This document shows positions 37,635 to 50,800 of a stretch of DNA of 62,337 nt, in pieces (position 1 is the first letter of the stretch; the number at the start of each line of letters is the position of its first letter). The stretch comes from Nemertoderma westbladi (taxonomy: Eukaryota; Animalia; Xenacoelomorpha). The notes under the pieces were generated by a model that saw nothing but the letters and a program-made list of their open reading frames with translations, was not told the origin of the DNA and ran no database searches. The DNA lies in contig JAUCBJ010005100.1 of assembly GCA_032718475.1 (NCBI GenBank), positions 1 through 62,337 on the forward strand, written 5' to 3'. The translations under genes and the position numbers were made by a program.

Positions 37635-40600
37635 TTGCTACATGCGGTTTTCCATACCCCAACGGACCGTTACTTACAGAGAAATCCTCAAAGGAAGGGG
37701 AGCAGAGAACCTGTATCGATAAGGAGAAATACGTACACCGGCATTCAGGATGATGGTTACCAACCAGATTCGTCAGACAAGGATGGCGAGTCGAGCGCGA
37801 GAGAAGTGACCTGCCAAGGTTTCACCGCGGATAGTTCATCGACCAGCGCGCGGACGTATTTATCATCGGCCACGTCGGAAATATTTAGCGTGATTCCGGT
37901 GAAACTTACTGGGGATAAGGGATCGAAGAGAATATATGTGATGTTGGACACTGCGTCCACACTATCGTATATAGACGAGGAAGTGGCGAGAGCCGTTTCC
38001 AGCTTCCAGGACACAGAGGAGATCCATATAGAGTTAAAGTTTATGCACGGGGTAGGGAACCTCAAGGGACACAGAATTTCGGTAGAACTAGACTCCCTAC
38101 TTCCAAGAGACCAGCACACTCGACAAGAACGGAGAGCTTTGCCATTGGACGGATTTAAGTGTCTAGCTATGAAGGGGTTTGGCAGGCAGTTAGGTAAGGG
38201 GCCACCGATGAGTCCCATAGTACAGGAATATTTTGACAAGCTCAGAATACCAAGACACCAGGTAGGTTATAGGAATGTTTCTATGTTGATTGGTGCAGAA
38301 CAGCTGATCGCACACCAGATATGGGAAATGAGACAAGCTGAGCCGCATGTAAATGGACCACATGCCCATAGGACTATATTAGGTTGGTATACAAGAGTAC
38401 CCATGTCTTATGAGTTTACAGGTGGCGAAAAGCCAATGGATAGATACAACGGATTACAGCCTATAACTGAACCACCATTAGTAGAACCACCAGACATAGA
38501 CGAGTTTAGGAGAACCTGTATTGACCACTATAGTGACATTAGCGAGTCGGACGAAGAGTTGATTCCCGATAATGTTAGGTTGTCGGAACCACTCTACAAT
38601 GACCGGACAGATAGTGAACCCGAGGACTACTGTTATCAGACCCGTGGGTCTGGTTCAGCACCCCACGCTACCTACTTGAGTAACGTTTTGACTTATACCG
38701 ATATAGTGGAGGGTCAAGTGGCTAAATATCGAGACCTAGCATTTTCCAATACAGTGAGGAGGAATTGCAGAAGGAATTGATATGCCAGGACCTCGAGACA
38801 GGAGCCAGAACCGTCGAATGGCTGGATAGGGACGCAATGGAACCCGGTGGATATGACCTAGCCATGTCCGCTGATGAGAAACGGTCGCTGGAGATGATGG
38901 AAGATACCATACGTCTGCTACTGACTGGACATTTTGAAGTTGGAATGTTGTGGCGTCGACAACCTCCTAAGTTGGAGAACAACTACAACTTGGCCTTGAA
39001 AAGATTGAACGGAGTAAGGGCTCGGTTGCTAAAGAATCCAGACGTTAGGGAGAAGTATTGCGCCCAGATCAACAACTATTTTGCCAAGGGATTTGCTGGG
39101 AAGGTAGAGGACCCGGACTTAGTGACAGACCAGACTTATTACCTCCCACACCACTATGTGACTCACCCTGACAAGCCAGACAAAGTCCGAGTAGTCAACG
39201 ACTGCGCAGCAGTCTATAGAGGTATGTCCCTGAATTCAGAGCTGATGGACGGTCCCAACCTGAATAATTATTTGATAGGAATACTGTTGCGTTTTAGACA
39301 GTGGTGATTCGCGTTTACTTGCGACATCGAGGCGATGTTCCACCAGGTAAGAGCCTGTAAGGCAGACCAGGATAGTCTTCGATTTCTCTGGTTTGAGAAT
39401 AAAGACCTATCCGGCCCAGTGGTTACATACCAAATGTATGTTAGGATATTCGGTGCCCGCGATAGTCCAAACGGCACGCTGTTTGTTCTAAAGAAAACGG
39501 CAACAGCCCAGATTGGTAAGTATCCAGTAGAAGTTATCGAGTCTATATTGAGAAACTTCTATATGGACGACGGATTGGTGTCCAAGGACACAGTGGAAAA
39601 AGCCATAGAAGTGGCTCACGGCCTACAGAAGTGCTTGGCAACAGGGGGTTTTCCTCTGACCAAGTTCACTACTAACTCGGAGGCCCTATTAGAATCGTTC
39701 CCGGTGAAAGATTGCGGGAGCGGAGACATAGAATTGGGGGTAGAACCCATTCCCATTCCCATTCCCATGGAATCCGAACACGGACAAGTTCCAGGTAAGA
39801 GTTAGATTTGAGCCCAGTAGTCCAGACAAAGTTTTGACAAAGAGAATTTGCTTATCAACATTAAGTAGACTATTTGACCCGATGAACTTTATCAGTCCGG
39901 TAATATTACAGGCACGAGCGTGCATGAGGAAAATTTTTTTGTCCGACTTAGAGTGGGACGAACCAATATCCCCTATACATGCAAAGCAGTGGAGAGAGTG
40001 GGAAGCCAAGTTGCATCTATTAAAAAACATAGATGTACCCCGCTCCTACTTTCCGAATCAGCTGGTGTTTCCAGCTGATTTAGAGCTCCATCTGTTCAGT
40101 GACACAAGTGACACTGGCTTTGGTATGGTAGCCTACCTTCGCCGAGAGGTAAGTCAAGACAAGTTTGAGATGGCCTTTGTGACTTCTAGATCAAAGACAA
40201 TGCCGGTCAAATACATGACTGTCCCTCGTGCAGAGTTGCAGGCAGAAGTAGTTTCAGTCGAGGTAAGTAAGCAGATAATAGAGGAGTTAGACACGACATT
40301 GACCTTATTCTATTGGACGGACGCATCCTTAGTGTTAGTATACATTGCAGCCGACAATATTGCACTAAAGACATTTGTGGCCAACAGACGCGCTCAGATC
40401 GTCGACTTTTCGACGAAGGAACAATGGAGACATTGTCCGGGAGTGTTAAACCCGGCCGACATAACTTCGAGAGGTGCTATGCCGGTGGAGTTCTGTCAGG
40501 AAGAGTCCCAGGAGTTTTGGTTGCATGGACCTGATTTTCTAACGAGGACACAGGAACATTGGCCAGAGCAACTGAAGATAGTGACCAATCCGATGCCAGA

Positions 40601-42524
40601 GGATGCAGAAGTCAAAGTGGAGAAAGTCTCTAAGTCAAAGTCGAAAGCCAAACTCCAGTTATTGGAGCGGCCTGAAGAGTCATTGGAGCGGCCTGAAGAG
40701 TCATTGGAGCGGCCCGGAGACCTGTCAGACCTACAGACTTACGTGACTACTAGGTCAGGAAGGGTAAGTTATGACATAAAACCACCCTTACAGACTACAC
40801 AAGAGTCACAATTGGTAAGTGACGGACAGAAAATGACCGACACAATGGAGCCTTTGGTTTCCAAACCTGCGGGTTTGGATTCGAAACTTCCATTAACTAG
40901 CGGACGACCGTCGCTGGCATTAGAGCCATGTAGTATTTATGACAAATTACTAAATTCGTCTGCCTCTTGGCTGACAATTTGTAAAAGAACTGCATGGTTA
41001 AGCCGATACGTTTCGTACCTTTGTTTAAAACATTCGAAACATTTAGGAGAACAAATGAGCGCTAATAGTGAGCGAATTCAGAAATTGAAACAACCTCTGA
41101 CAGAGGATGAGATTGATCAAGCGGAATTAAAGCATTTGAAACATTATCAAATGTGTGCCTTCCCCAAAGAATTCTATCTATTATCGGCTCAATGACCAGT
41201 TCTCTACAAACCCCTTAGAAAATGGAGTCCATTAATCCATAAGGGTTTGATTTGTCATAGATCAAGAATCCAGACTGTCGACATAAACTCACAGTTTAGG
41301 TTCCCAGTGATAATCCCTAGTCACCCAATAGAATTGCAAAGAGCGATTCTATGGGATATACACAAGAGGTTGCATCACGCGGGAAAGTTACACTGTTTGT
41401 CGGCAGAGAGACAGCGATTCATTCTATTGCAGCCAAGCAGGGCAGTGGGTACCATGTACGACGCCTGTCTGGTTTGCAAGAGAGTGAACGCCAGAGTATT
41501 GGAACAGGAGATGGCTGAACTCCCAGAAGCGAGAGTGCAGGCATATGACCCACCCTTTACAAATACAGGGGTAGATTGTTTTGGTCCGATTGAGGCAAAG
41601 AGTGGACGGCTGACCCATAAACGATGGGGCCTGCTACTGATATGCATGGCCAGTAGAGCCATACATATCGAGCGTGTGGCAGACAAGTCGACCAAATCTC
41701 TGCTCCTGGCCTTAAAGAGATTTATGGCCAGGAGAGGACTAGTAAAGGGGTTTTACTACGACAAGGGTACAAACTTTGTCAGAGGGAATAGCGAGTTAAA
41801 CGCGGCTCACAAACCAGCGCAAAATAGAGAAATTTCTGCAGCACTTTTGCCGCAAAGAGTAGAGTGGAGATTCAACACTCCAGAAAGTCCTTGGATAGGA
41901 GGAAGTTGGGAGTGTTTGGTTCGTTCCATAAAGCAGGCCATTGCTAAGACATTGCCTGTAAACAAACAACTTACCGACGACGAGCTGGTCACAGCTTTCA
42001 TCGAAATCGAGCATACGCTAAACTCGAGGCCGATAGCTATGTTGCCAGACGGTGTTGCATTAACGCCGAATCATTTGCTAATGCAGAGTCCAGCATTTCT
42101 TGTGCCGGCATCAGAACCCATTAGTGCCGACCTATACAGTCGTAAGAGCTTGAAAATAACTCAATTTGTTGCGTACACATTCTGGGAATATTGGCGGGAA
42201 TACTATCTTCCCACCATATCCACCAGATCAAAGTGGTACAAAACGGTTCGGAGCCTCCAAAGAGGAGACTACGTATTGATAACCGAACCAATTGTCAAGA
42301 GAAAATACTGGGAGACTGGAGTTATCTTGCACATACACCCAGACGTGCAAAATATAGTGCACACAGTCACTGTGAAAATTAGGTGCAAGTGTCCGCACCC
42401 AATGAAGTGTAAAACTAATGGTTTACACACCTTGGACCGACCGGTCCAAGATATCGGGTTATTAGAGGAGACACGCATCGAGACAGGAGATTATAATTTG
42501 TCTCCTGCCTCAAACAAAAATTAG
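37635..42524 (+). pseudogene. pol: Element D pol (PR, RT, RNase H, IN) with several stops and frameshifts
   Basis: MLDTAS protease; YYLPHH and FYMDD RT; LFSDTS and YWTDA RNase H; H..LHHAG..C..C, TGVDCFGP, DKGTNF, GGSWECLV, LNSRP and LTPNHLL integrase. Confidence 0.93.
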
Positions 42525-43301
42525 TGTTAGACGCAACTCACTTCGTGTGCATTCCTCGTATGCAAATACTAGGAAATGCACAGGAGCGGGTTTGCGGTGA
42601 TTTGCGTTGAGAATTTGTCTGGTGGGTATCAAAAACAAAATTTTATTTCAAAATTTTTCGAAAATTAAAAAATTTTAAAAATTAGAAGTGAACCCAAGAC
42701 AATTCCAAACGCTGTGTATAGACGCGTTTTAGAATTCGTCTATAGAGATACAGTAATTTGAGAAAAGTCGTGAAGCCTTGAAAATAGCATTTAGAAACCA
42801 TGGTGACGGCTATATTACATAGGAGTGTAAATTGAGTTTAGCAACTTCCACAGATTGGTGCCAACAGTACAACAACCAAGGTGCTAAAGGTTAGTAGCAC
42901 CAGAGGCGTACACGGACCCAACTCAGTAGTTTGCAATGAAGTGAGATGTTCGATTATCAAACCTGTGGGTTTGGTATTGTAGAGCGTTGAGACTATTGTC
43001 GTTTCTAACTACTGTAGTTTAGTACGAGTAATGGGAGTAGTTTGGGCATCAAAAAGTGAGTTGGTCACGGCCAGTTTATCTCCAAAGTTTTGCGCTATGC
43101 ATGGGAATAGGTTAGAGGATAGTTAGGAATGAGACGGGATCTAGAGAGTCGAACCTGAACTGCTGGAAGGCAGCTGGGGGGAGGGGGGGGGGGGTTCGGG
43201 AGGTCTGTCCTTCGGCGACATCTAACTGATTTACCCACAGTGTAATTAGCTACGTAACGGAACCTATTGGGATATATATATATGTATATACGCGGCTTAT
43301 A

Positions 43302-45955
43302 ATGGAGAAGGAAATTAGAGCTCAACCGCGGAGAGGATTTACTGCCAGAGAGGAGGCGGAACTACCATTTGCCCGACTGGGATGTAAAGACTCGAATGTT
43401 TACTACCATGGGAGGTCGGTAATGGAACTGAATGGGAAGTATAAACCCGAAAGAATGAGAGCGTTGAGACCGCATGAAAGAATGGGACCGTATGGAAGTT
43501 TTGCGGAAGGAGTATCGCACTCGGTATCCTTGCGATTTTGCGTTAGACGTATGCGACATTAGTGCAGACCCGGACGAGTAGATCGCACGGCTGTACCATA
43601 TGAACATGTATTTACGACACGACAAACCTCTACCTGCAGTCCGCGATCAGTTCGACGGAATGCATCTGTACCGGAGGACTCGAGGCGAGGATCAAGAGAC
43701 GTCAAAGGTCTTCAGTGTATACAAGTTGTTCTACAAATGTGGTGAATGCATGAATAAACAAGACGTGGCGATTCCCGATCGACTGGACGAGCAACATCCT
43801 GAACCGATATTAACGCGATGTCAAGCTCACCAGTTCCTTAGATACAACGAGGGAGGTTACCCAATGAGCAACCCGATGATCAGTATCGACTTCAGCGGAA
43901 AGCGACCTCCAAGACCCATTATGCCGACCATTACGACATTAAGATCCGTATACGGAGATTAAACCCTGTTCGACACCCAGTTTGATAGAGACGGCAGTGG
44001 CCATTTCGCTATACCGAGCCTATAAGGACCTAGAGGCGCGGCGTGAAGCGGCACGGGACTCGGGTACCAAACCCGCGGGTTTGGAGCTCTCGAGTCCCAT
44101 AATAAAGACACAATATCGGAAGGGGAAGGATCCTAGGGAACAGATTTTGGAGGTATGCAGGCGAGGAGGTATGCACGGAGCGGAGCGTATCGACGCCAGG
44201 ATGCTACCCAAGAAGGTTAGAGAGGCGATTCTCAACCAAGATTACGTCAAGGTGGGATCGGGAGTCCAGAGCGATTTGGAGAGTGACTTCAACGCCATGA
44301 CTGATTTGGAGGACAGATTGCCAAGACTGTTTGTTGACACCAAGCTATTGTTGCTATGGGCACAGGATATGGGAATTTATAGGGAGTATCCCAACTCTGC
44401 CAAGACTGGTATGGGCTTCATAGCGCATTTGTTGTATAATTGGGACTTCAAGTTGAAGACGCAGAAGAAATACGAGGAGGCGTATGGTGAATGTAACACG
44501 CCACCGGGAGCGGAGTTCAAATCCCACTTCAAGCGGCAAGCGTTAGTGTATTGGAACATTTGCGCGCCACCCCGTGCGTCACTACAATATTATTTGGTGC
44601 TTGAGTCGAACACGGTAACTTGTTTATTAGCGGATTTCGTTGCGCGAGTTTTGAAGCGTCATCCATTGGTATTCGGAGGAGATCAATACGTTCGCTCGAA
44701 AGGGGGAATCCAATCCGACGTTATGAAGCATTTCTTAACCCCGTTCTTCAACCAATTGTTAGAGAATACGTTGATGGTTAGGAGAGGATTAGCCATATTC
44801 GAAGGAATATATCGACAGAACATCGGAGATTTGGGAGACCGACCGTCGATGGAGTATCTGACGCCAGAGGCCTTGGAGAAGTGGTTCGGGAATCAAACCC
44901 GCGGGTTTGGTACTCTCTTCCACTCGGAGGCTGATAGACCTGTTAGAGAGGGTTGGCCGGAGACGTTAGTAGAGGTGTTCGAGTGGATCTTCCGGTGGAG
45001 AAGACATATCCGAAACGAACGCGGGAGGAAATATTGGAGATAGAGGACAAGGGCAAGGATGTTTACTTTGTTCCGGATCGACAACCTCTGACCGGAGAGG
45101 ACGACATCGTATTAGACATTGGGAAAGAAGGAAGTGCGAAACCGATTGGAGACCTCATATATGAGAGGGCCTGGTTTCCACAAGCGCGTAGGTGCAAGTT
45201 GTGCGGCAGCACAAGGCACAATCAAAAATCGTGCAACGCGGTAGTAGATAAGGTCTGCCGTTGGTGCAATGAGACCGACCATTCATTTCATACGTGCACC
45301 GTCTTCATTTCTCAATGCGGATATTGTGGGGTAAAGGGACATCGTAGCCCGAGATGCCAACTGCGAGATGATTCCTTCCAAAACCATAGCGCTAACCTAC
45401 TTCGAGAGATGCTAGATAAGTGGGAGGGTGTGGCCGATTACCACATCCAAGCGCAGATGCGTTGGTTACCGTTTAAAGCAGGATACGGGTTTTGGGCAGT
45501 AGACCCATCACACGTTGCGTATGAGCCGTATCTGCAGTCGTTACCACAATATCAGGAGCTAATACTGACCGCTCAAGATCTTCCGCAGAACACTGGAGTC
45601 ATCGTTGTTCGGGAATACTTCAGACAATTAAACATGGATAACAAATACACTTGGAACTTTGTTGCTATTTGCGACCGCATAACGAAAGGTCTATTTTCGG
45701 AAACTAGAAAGGTGGTGCGCGCGCGAGGAGATTGGAGGATGGCGGCTATACAATATCGCCGAGTTCCTATTGACTCACGTACTGGTGGGGTCATTGACCG
45801 CTGAGAGGATAAAGGAACAGCGAATCGCAGCGCCCACAGCGACAACCGTTGGAGCTCAAGGCTCGCGGAGAGAACCAGGAGGAGAGGTCCAAGACAAGTG
45901 TCAAGTCAAGGACGACCACTACCACTCAATACCTAAAGAGGTGAGGTCTCTATAG
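43302..45955 (+). pseudogene. Element D extra 3' ORF: DEDDy/WRN-like exonuclease fold plus 3 CCHC knuckles (frameshifted)
   Basis: LPKKVREAILNQDYVKVGSGVQSD..FVDTK..KTGMGFIAHLLYNWDFK..W....LQYYLVLES, then the knuckles CKLCGSTRHNQKSC, CRWCNETDHSFHTC and CGYCGVKGHRSPRC. Confidence 0.8.
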
Positions 45956-47874
45956 GGGTGTTGAGAACAGGCGGCGGCAGACTCGTGAGGGTCTGGGGGC
46001 ACGTTAAATTTGGTATATAGTGCAAGGGAGTCACTGAAGGCCCTTGTGTCTGACGAACCATGAATCAACATGGTGCCGTGGTTCTGTCTAGTCGGCATGT
46101 TGCCGTACTGCCAGTCCTGTATACAGTAGGGGTGGTGGCATGGCGTGATTTGTGGTTCATGTGGTGTGAACTGTGTTTTGTGTGTGGGCGAGCAGTGGCA
46201 GTTTGCTTGGGGCTTGGATGGGTTCTTTTGGCCATCAGCTGTTCCGTTTTTTTGATACTATATGTTATTGTCTCCATGTTCAGCTGATTGGTCTTTGGGA
46301 TTTGTTTGGGTCTTTGAGTTTTCTGTTGCTGTGGGGACGTGAGTACACGTGATTGTGTGTATGGCCACTGCGAGTGAGTGTGGGAAACCTTGCCAGTTGG
46401 CTCAGTCACCACTGGTATTAGTAGGACCATATTTTACTGCACCCCAGCATACTTTGTGCACACAAAGTTATTTTGCCCTGACGGTAAAATAAAGTACTCT
46501 CGACTCTCATGTTCTCTCTAGTCGATACAACTATTCCCTCTCGATTTTTGACCCCGATTTTGTCTTTACCGATTATGTCCTCTGTGTGTGCATGATATGT
46601 GTTCGATTTTGTGCTTACCGTTGTGTACTTGATATTGTGAACATCTGTTGAGTACACATGTACAGTGACTGGTAAGTGTTTACTTGTTCAGTAGCTTTTG
46701 AGCTACAGACAGTATTGTTTTTTCAATACTGCCGGCGAGGCAGGTGAAAACGAGTCAAAATTCCATGTTGGGTAGTGCAAGCCCACATGGGACAAGACCG
46801 TCGGTTAGGCCCAAGAGCGACCTTGGTGCTCGATTGCTATCGACTGGCCCACCTGCCCGTTGACTCTCTGAGTTGGCTCAATCTACAGTCAGGACACAGT
46901 AAGTTGACAGTAGCCGCCCATCTGGCTACACGTTCGACGAGCTGTGCCGGTGTGATCGGGGAATTGAAAATTGAACCCGGGAAGCATCTTGCCACCCCCC
47001 GGCCCGGTCTGATAATAACATCAGTTGGACTGGCCCCAGGGGTGGTGGAAAAGCGTCCGCCTCGTGGGTGCGCCTCGGGGAGGAGCCCAGAAGGACGTAA
47101 GCGGCAGCGCAAGGCGCAAGGTGCATCGGAGAAAGCTCGGGTGCAATTGCAGAAGGAAGAGTTGGCGGAAGCGACCACAGGAGCACGACAATTGGGACGA
47201 GGCCGAGGGAGAAGCACGAGCCGGGATTCGGTCGGGGCTCAGGGAACATCGTCGCCGGTTCCGGGGAGTGACGCCTCGCGGACAACGTCAACAGAGTCGA
47301 CGGGAGGACGATTAGTGTATCTGGGAAGGGGGCGGAAGAGAGGAGCGAGCCCGAAGAACCCAGGAGCGGGTCGGTAATGCATTCGTATCATGGAGTGACA
47401 GACTCTAGATATATACATCATCGTCGCTCTGATGTATATTGTAGCATTTGTAAACATTTGACTGGACTCATATACACTAGTCGCATCGATTTGAATTTAT
47501 GTTATGAGAGAGGCGAAGGAGGTGATTGGGGAGACAAACCTGCGGGTTTGGCTTACTCCTTTCATCTACCCTAGCAAGTTTTATAAAGAAAGTCATATTT
47601 TGTAAATTTAATTTGTAAGTAGTAATCATTATGTAGAACGAATGAGAAAGCAGTATTTTTGTAAATTTAATTTGTATGTAATAATCGTTAACATTGAAGG
47701 AGATAATATTTCGTAAATTTAATTTGTATGGTAATGTATTAATTATAATGTCTTCGGATTGTCTCCGGCTTGGCCTACTTACAATGGACTGTACGAGTTC
47801 TAACTTGCCTAATACAATTCTGCCTGTGTCTGGTTTAATAGCAAGTTTGCTCGATCCTTCTCTCTCTCGCCCTC

Positions 47875-50800
47875 TTGGAGTATTCGTCTGTCGCGAAGCC
47901 TGCTTGCTGTGGTTGCAACCCTAGATCTGGTCGCTGCGTTCGTTGTTCGTGTGCGAGGTCGGGATTGCCATGTGCCTCTTGTGCTCCGATGGCAAGTGGG
48001 CGCTGTTGTAACGCACTGGGAGCTGTCAGTTCGCAGCAAGTCATCTCCGGCACTTCGCACGACATATCGCCTTCCAAAAACAGCAGTGCATCCCAACCGA
48101 CTGCCACATCATCAACAGGAGAAGATGGCGACGAGACCCTGGTAGACCATGATATAACCATGGCTTCATCTCCCAGCTCGTCGTTTCAGCTACCCAATAG
48201 GACAGCGACCCCGTTTCAGCTACCCAATAGGGCAGCGACCCCGTTTCACACAGCCTCAGAATCCGTTCCCATCGTGATGCCTCCCGGTTACAGCGGGTCT
48301 GTGGGCCACGGCGTACTCGACTACATGCTAACCAACTCGCCGCGGACGAGTCAGGCTACAACAACGAAAAAGGGCAGGGTCCAGGCACCAAGTGAGACAC
48401 CACAAATAAACTCAACTCTGGATGAACTTGACTACCTCATGGAATCCGCGTCGGGCTCTCCCCAGTTTGTGATGGATGTCCCCATATATGAACCGGGTGT
48501 CTCCCAGTCTGTGCCCGGCTCCCCCGTGTCTGAGTCAGGTGCTCCCCAGCCCGTATTGGTTGCCCCCCAATCCATGTCGTGCTTCCCCATACCCGTGTCG
48601 GGTGCTCCTCTATCTATATCGGGTTCCCGCCAGCTGGGTGCCCCCCAGTATGTGTCAGATGCTCCCCAGGATGTGTCGGTTGCCCCCCAGTATGTGTCGG
48701 GTGCCCCCCAGTATGTGTCGGGTGCCCCCCAGTATGTGTCGTGTGGCCCCCAGTATGTGTCAGGTGTGCCCCAGTATGTGTCGGGTGTGCCCCAGTATGT
48801 GTCGGGTGCCCCCCAGTATGTGTCGCTTGCCGCCCAATCCACGTTGTGTGTCCCTCTGTCTGTGCCTGATGTCCATCAGTCCATGTCGAGTGCCACCCAG
48901 TCTGAGTCGGATGAACCCTTGTTTGTGTCAGGAATCTCCCTGTCTATGTTGGGTTCCTCCCAGTTGGGCGCCCCCCAGTCTGTGTCGGATGCCCACCAGT
49001 CTGTGTTGTGTGTCCCGCAATCTGGAATGTGTCCCCCCCAGTCCATGTCGTGTTTCCCCCAGTCTGTATCAGGTGTGGGGTCTACAGCAGCGTCAGGTGC
49101 CTTTCAGTCCAGGGTTGGAGCCATTCAGTCCGGGGTTGGAGCAGGTCAGTCCGGGGTTGGAGCTATTCAGTCCGGGGTTGGAGCATGTCAGTCGGGGGTG
49201 GATGTCAGCCTATCCAGGATTGGAGCAGATCAGTCCGGGGTTTTGGGGGTGGAAGCCAGCCTGTCTGGGGTTGGAGCAGGCCAGTCCGGGGGTGGAGCTG
49301 TTCAGTCCAGGGGTAGAGCAGGTCAATTCTGGGTTGGAGCTGTTTGGTCCGGTGTTGAGCCCAGCCTGTCCGGGGTTGAAGCATGTCAGTCCGGGGTTGG
49401 AGCAATACAGTCCGGGGCTGGAGCAGGACAGTCCGGGGGTGGAGCTGTTCAGTCCGGGGTTGGAGCAGGTCAGTCTGGGGTGGCTGTATTCCGGTCAGCC
49501 CAGGGTTGGAGCAGGTCCGTCTGGGGCCGGAGCAGGTCAGTCCGGGGGTGGAGCAGGTCAGTCCGGGGTTGGAGTAGGCCAGTCCGAGGTTGGAGCAGGT
49601 CAGTCCGGGGTTGGAGCTGTTCAGTCTGGGGTTGGAGCAGTACAGTCCAGGGTTGGAGCAGGTCAGTCTGTGGGTGGAACTGTTCAGTCCGGGGTTGGAG
49701 CAGGTCAGTCCAGGATGGCTGGAGCCGGTCAGTCTGGGGCTGGTGCAGGTCAGTCCAGGGGTAGAGCAGGTCAGTCCGGGGTTGGAGCAGGTCAGTTCGG
49801 GGGTGGCACCTCCACGTTTGCAGCGTTCTGGGACCCCGTTGCAGAGGGTCACCGCGACTCAGACCCGGAGGGGTTGATGAACCGTGCATATGGAGCTCCT
49901 CTAGTTGGTAAGGGGGCAGTGCCAGACGAACTTCTCCACCAGTGGAGACGGGCGACCCAGCTATGCGGCTCAAAATACAGGCTGCCTGGGGGTGCTGTGG
50001 GCAGGGACGTTGTCTCCCTCCTCTCGGATGAGGCCGGTGCTTTTGTCTCTGGACTAAAGCACAACATTGCTAATGCTCGTTCGGAGCGCATCCTCCTTGC
50101 TGACTCATTGCTACTCCACAGGGACCCCAAGGTTATTAAAGCAGCCGATATTCGCCGACTCCTCACCAGACGCGTCGAGTTATGGCGCTCTGGACACCTG
50201 GAGACACTGCTTGTGGAAGCCGAACGCTGCTCCTTAAAGTTTTCAACTGGCAAGTGGGGTACCAGGAGGTGCCGACCACCAGGGGAGGAAAAGGAACACA
50301 CGATCCGTATTTTCACTCGGCTCATGCTGGAGGGAAAGGTTAGAAGCGCAGTCAGATGGGTGACGGGGCGAGAATCCAGTGGGGTCCTCGACCCCAATGA
50401 CGAGATCCAATCAGGAGGAAGTAACCAGCGGGTGTTGGACGTTCTCCGAGCTAAGCATCCCTTAGCGGCACCACCCCCACCGGAGGCATTACTACAACCC
50501 GAGGAAGACTTTCCACTCAGGGTTGATGTGGATATCACAGCGTCACACATCGAATCCGCTGCCCGTAAACTACATGGAGGCGCTGGTCCGACCGGATCGG
50601 ACTCTACCAGGTGGCGCGATTACCTCCTCAGCTATGGGGCCCATAGCGAGCGCCTCCGGGATGCAATAGCCAGTATTACCCGCTCCATTGCAAACTCAGT
50701 AGTTCCGTGGGAGTCGATTCGCGCATTACAGTCAGGACGGCTCATCGCCCTGGATAAATGTCCTGGTGTTCGGCCAATAGGAATTGGTGAGTGCCTGCGA

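Larger units (their letters stand above)
33542..47745 (+). mobile_element. BEL/Pao LTR retrotransposon 'D' (gag-pol plus extra ORF; 5' LTR unresolved, 3' region interrupted by a CRE LINE)
   Basis: Shows the full BEL domain order gag-PR-RT-RH-IN, then the extra ORF and a 3' UTR. It is collinear with B. Confidence 0.9.

Noticed and set aside
40660-40715. LERPEES x3 repeat in D pol
   Set aside because: A simple 21-bp slippage duplication in a variable linker.
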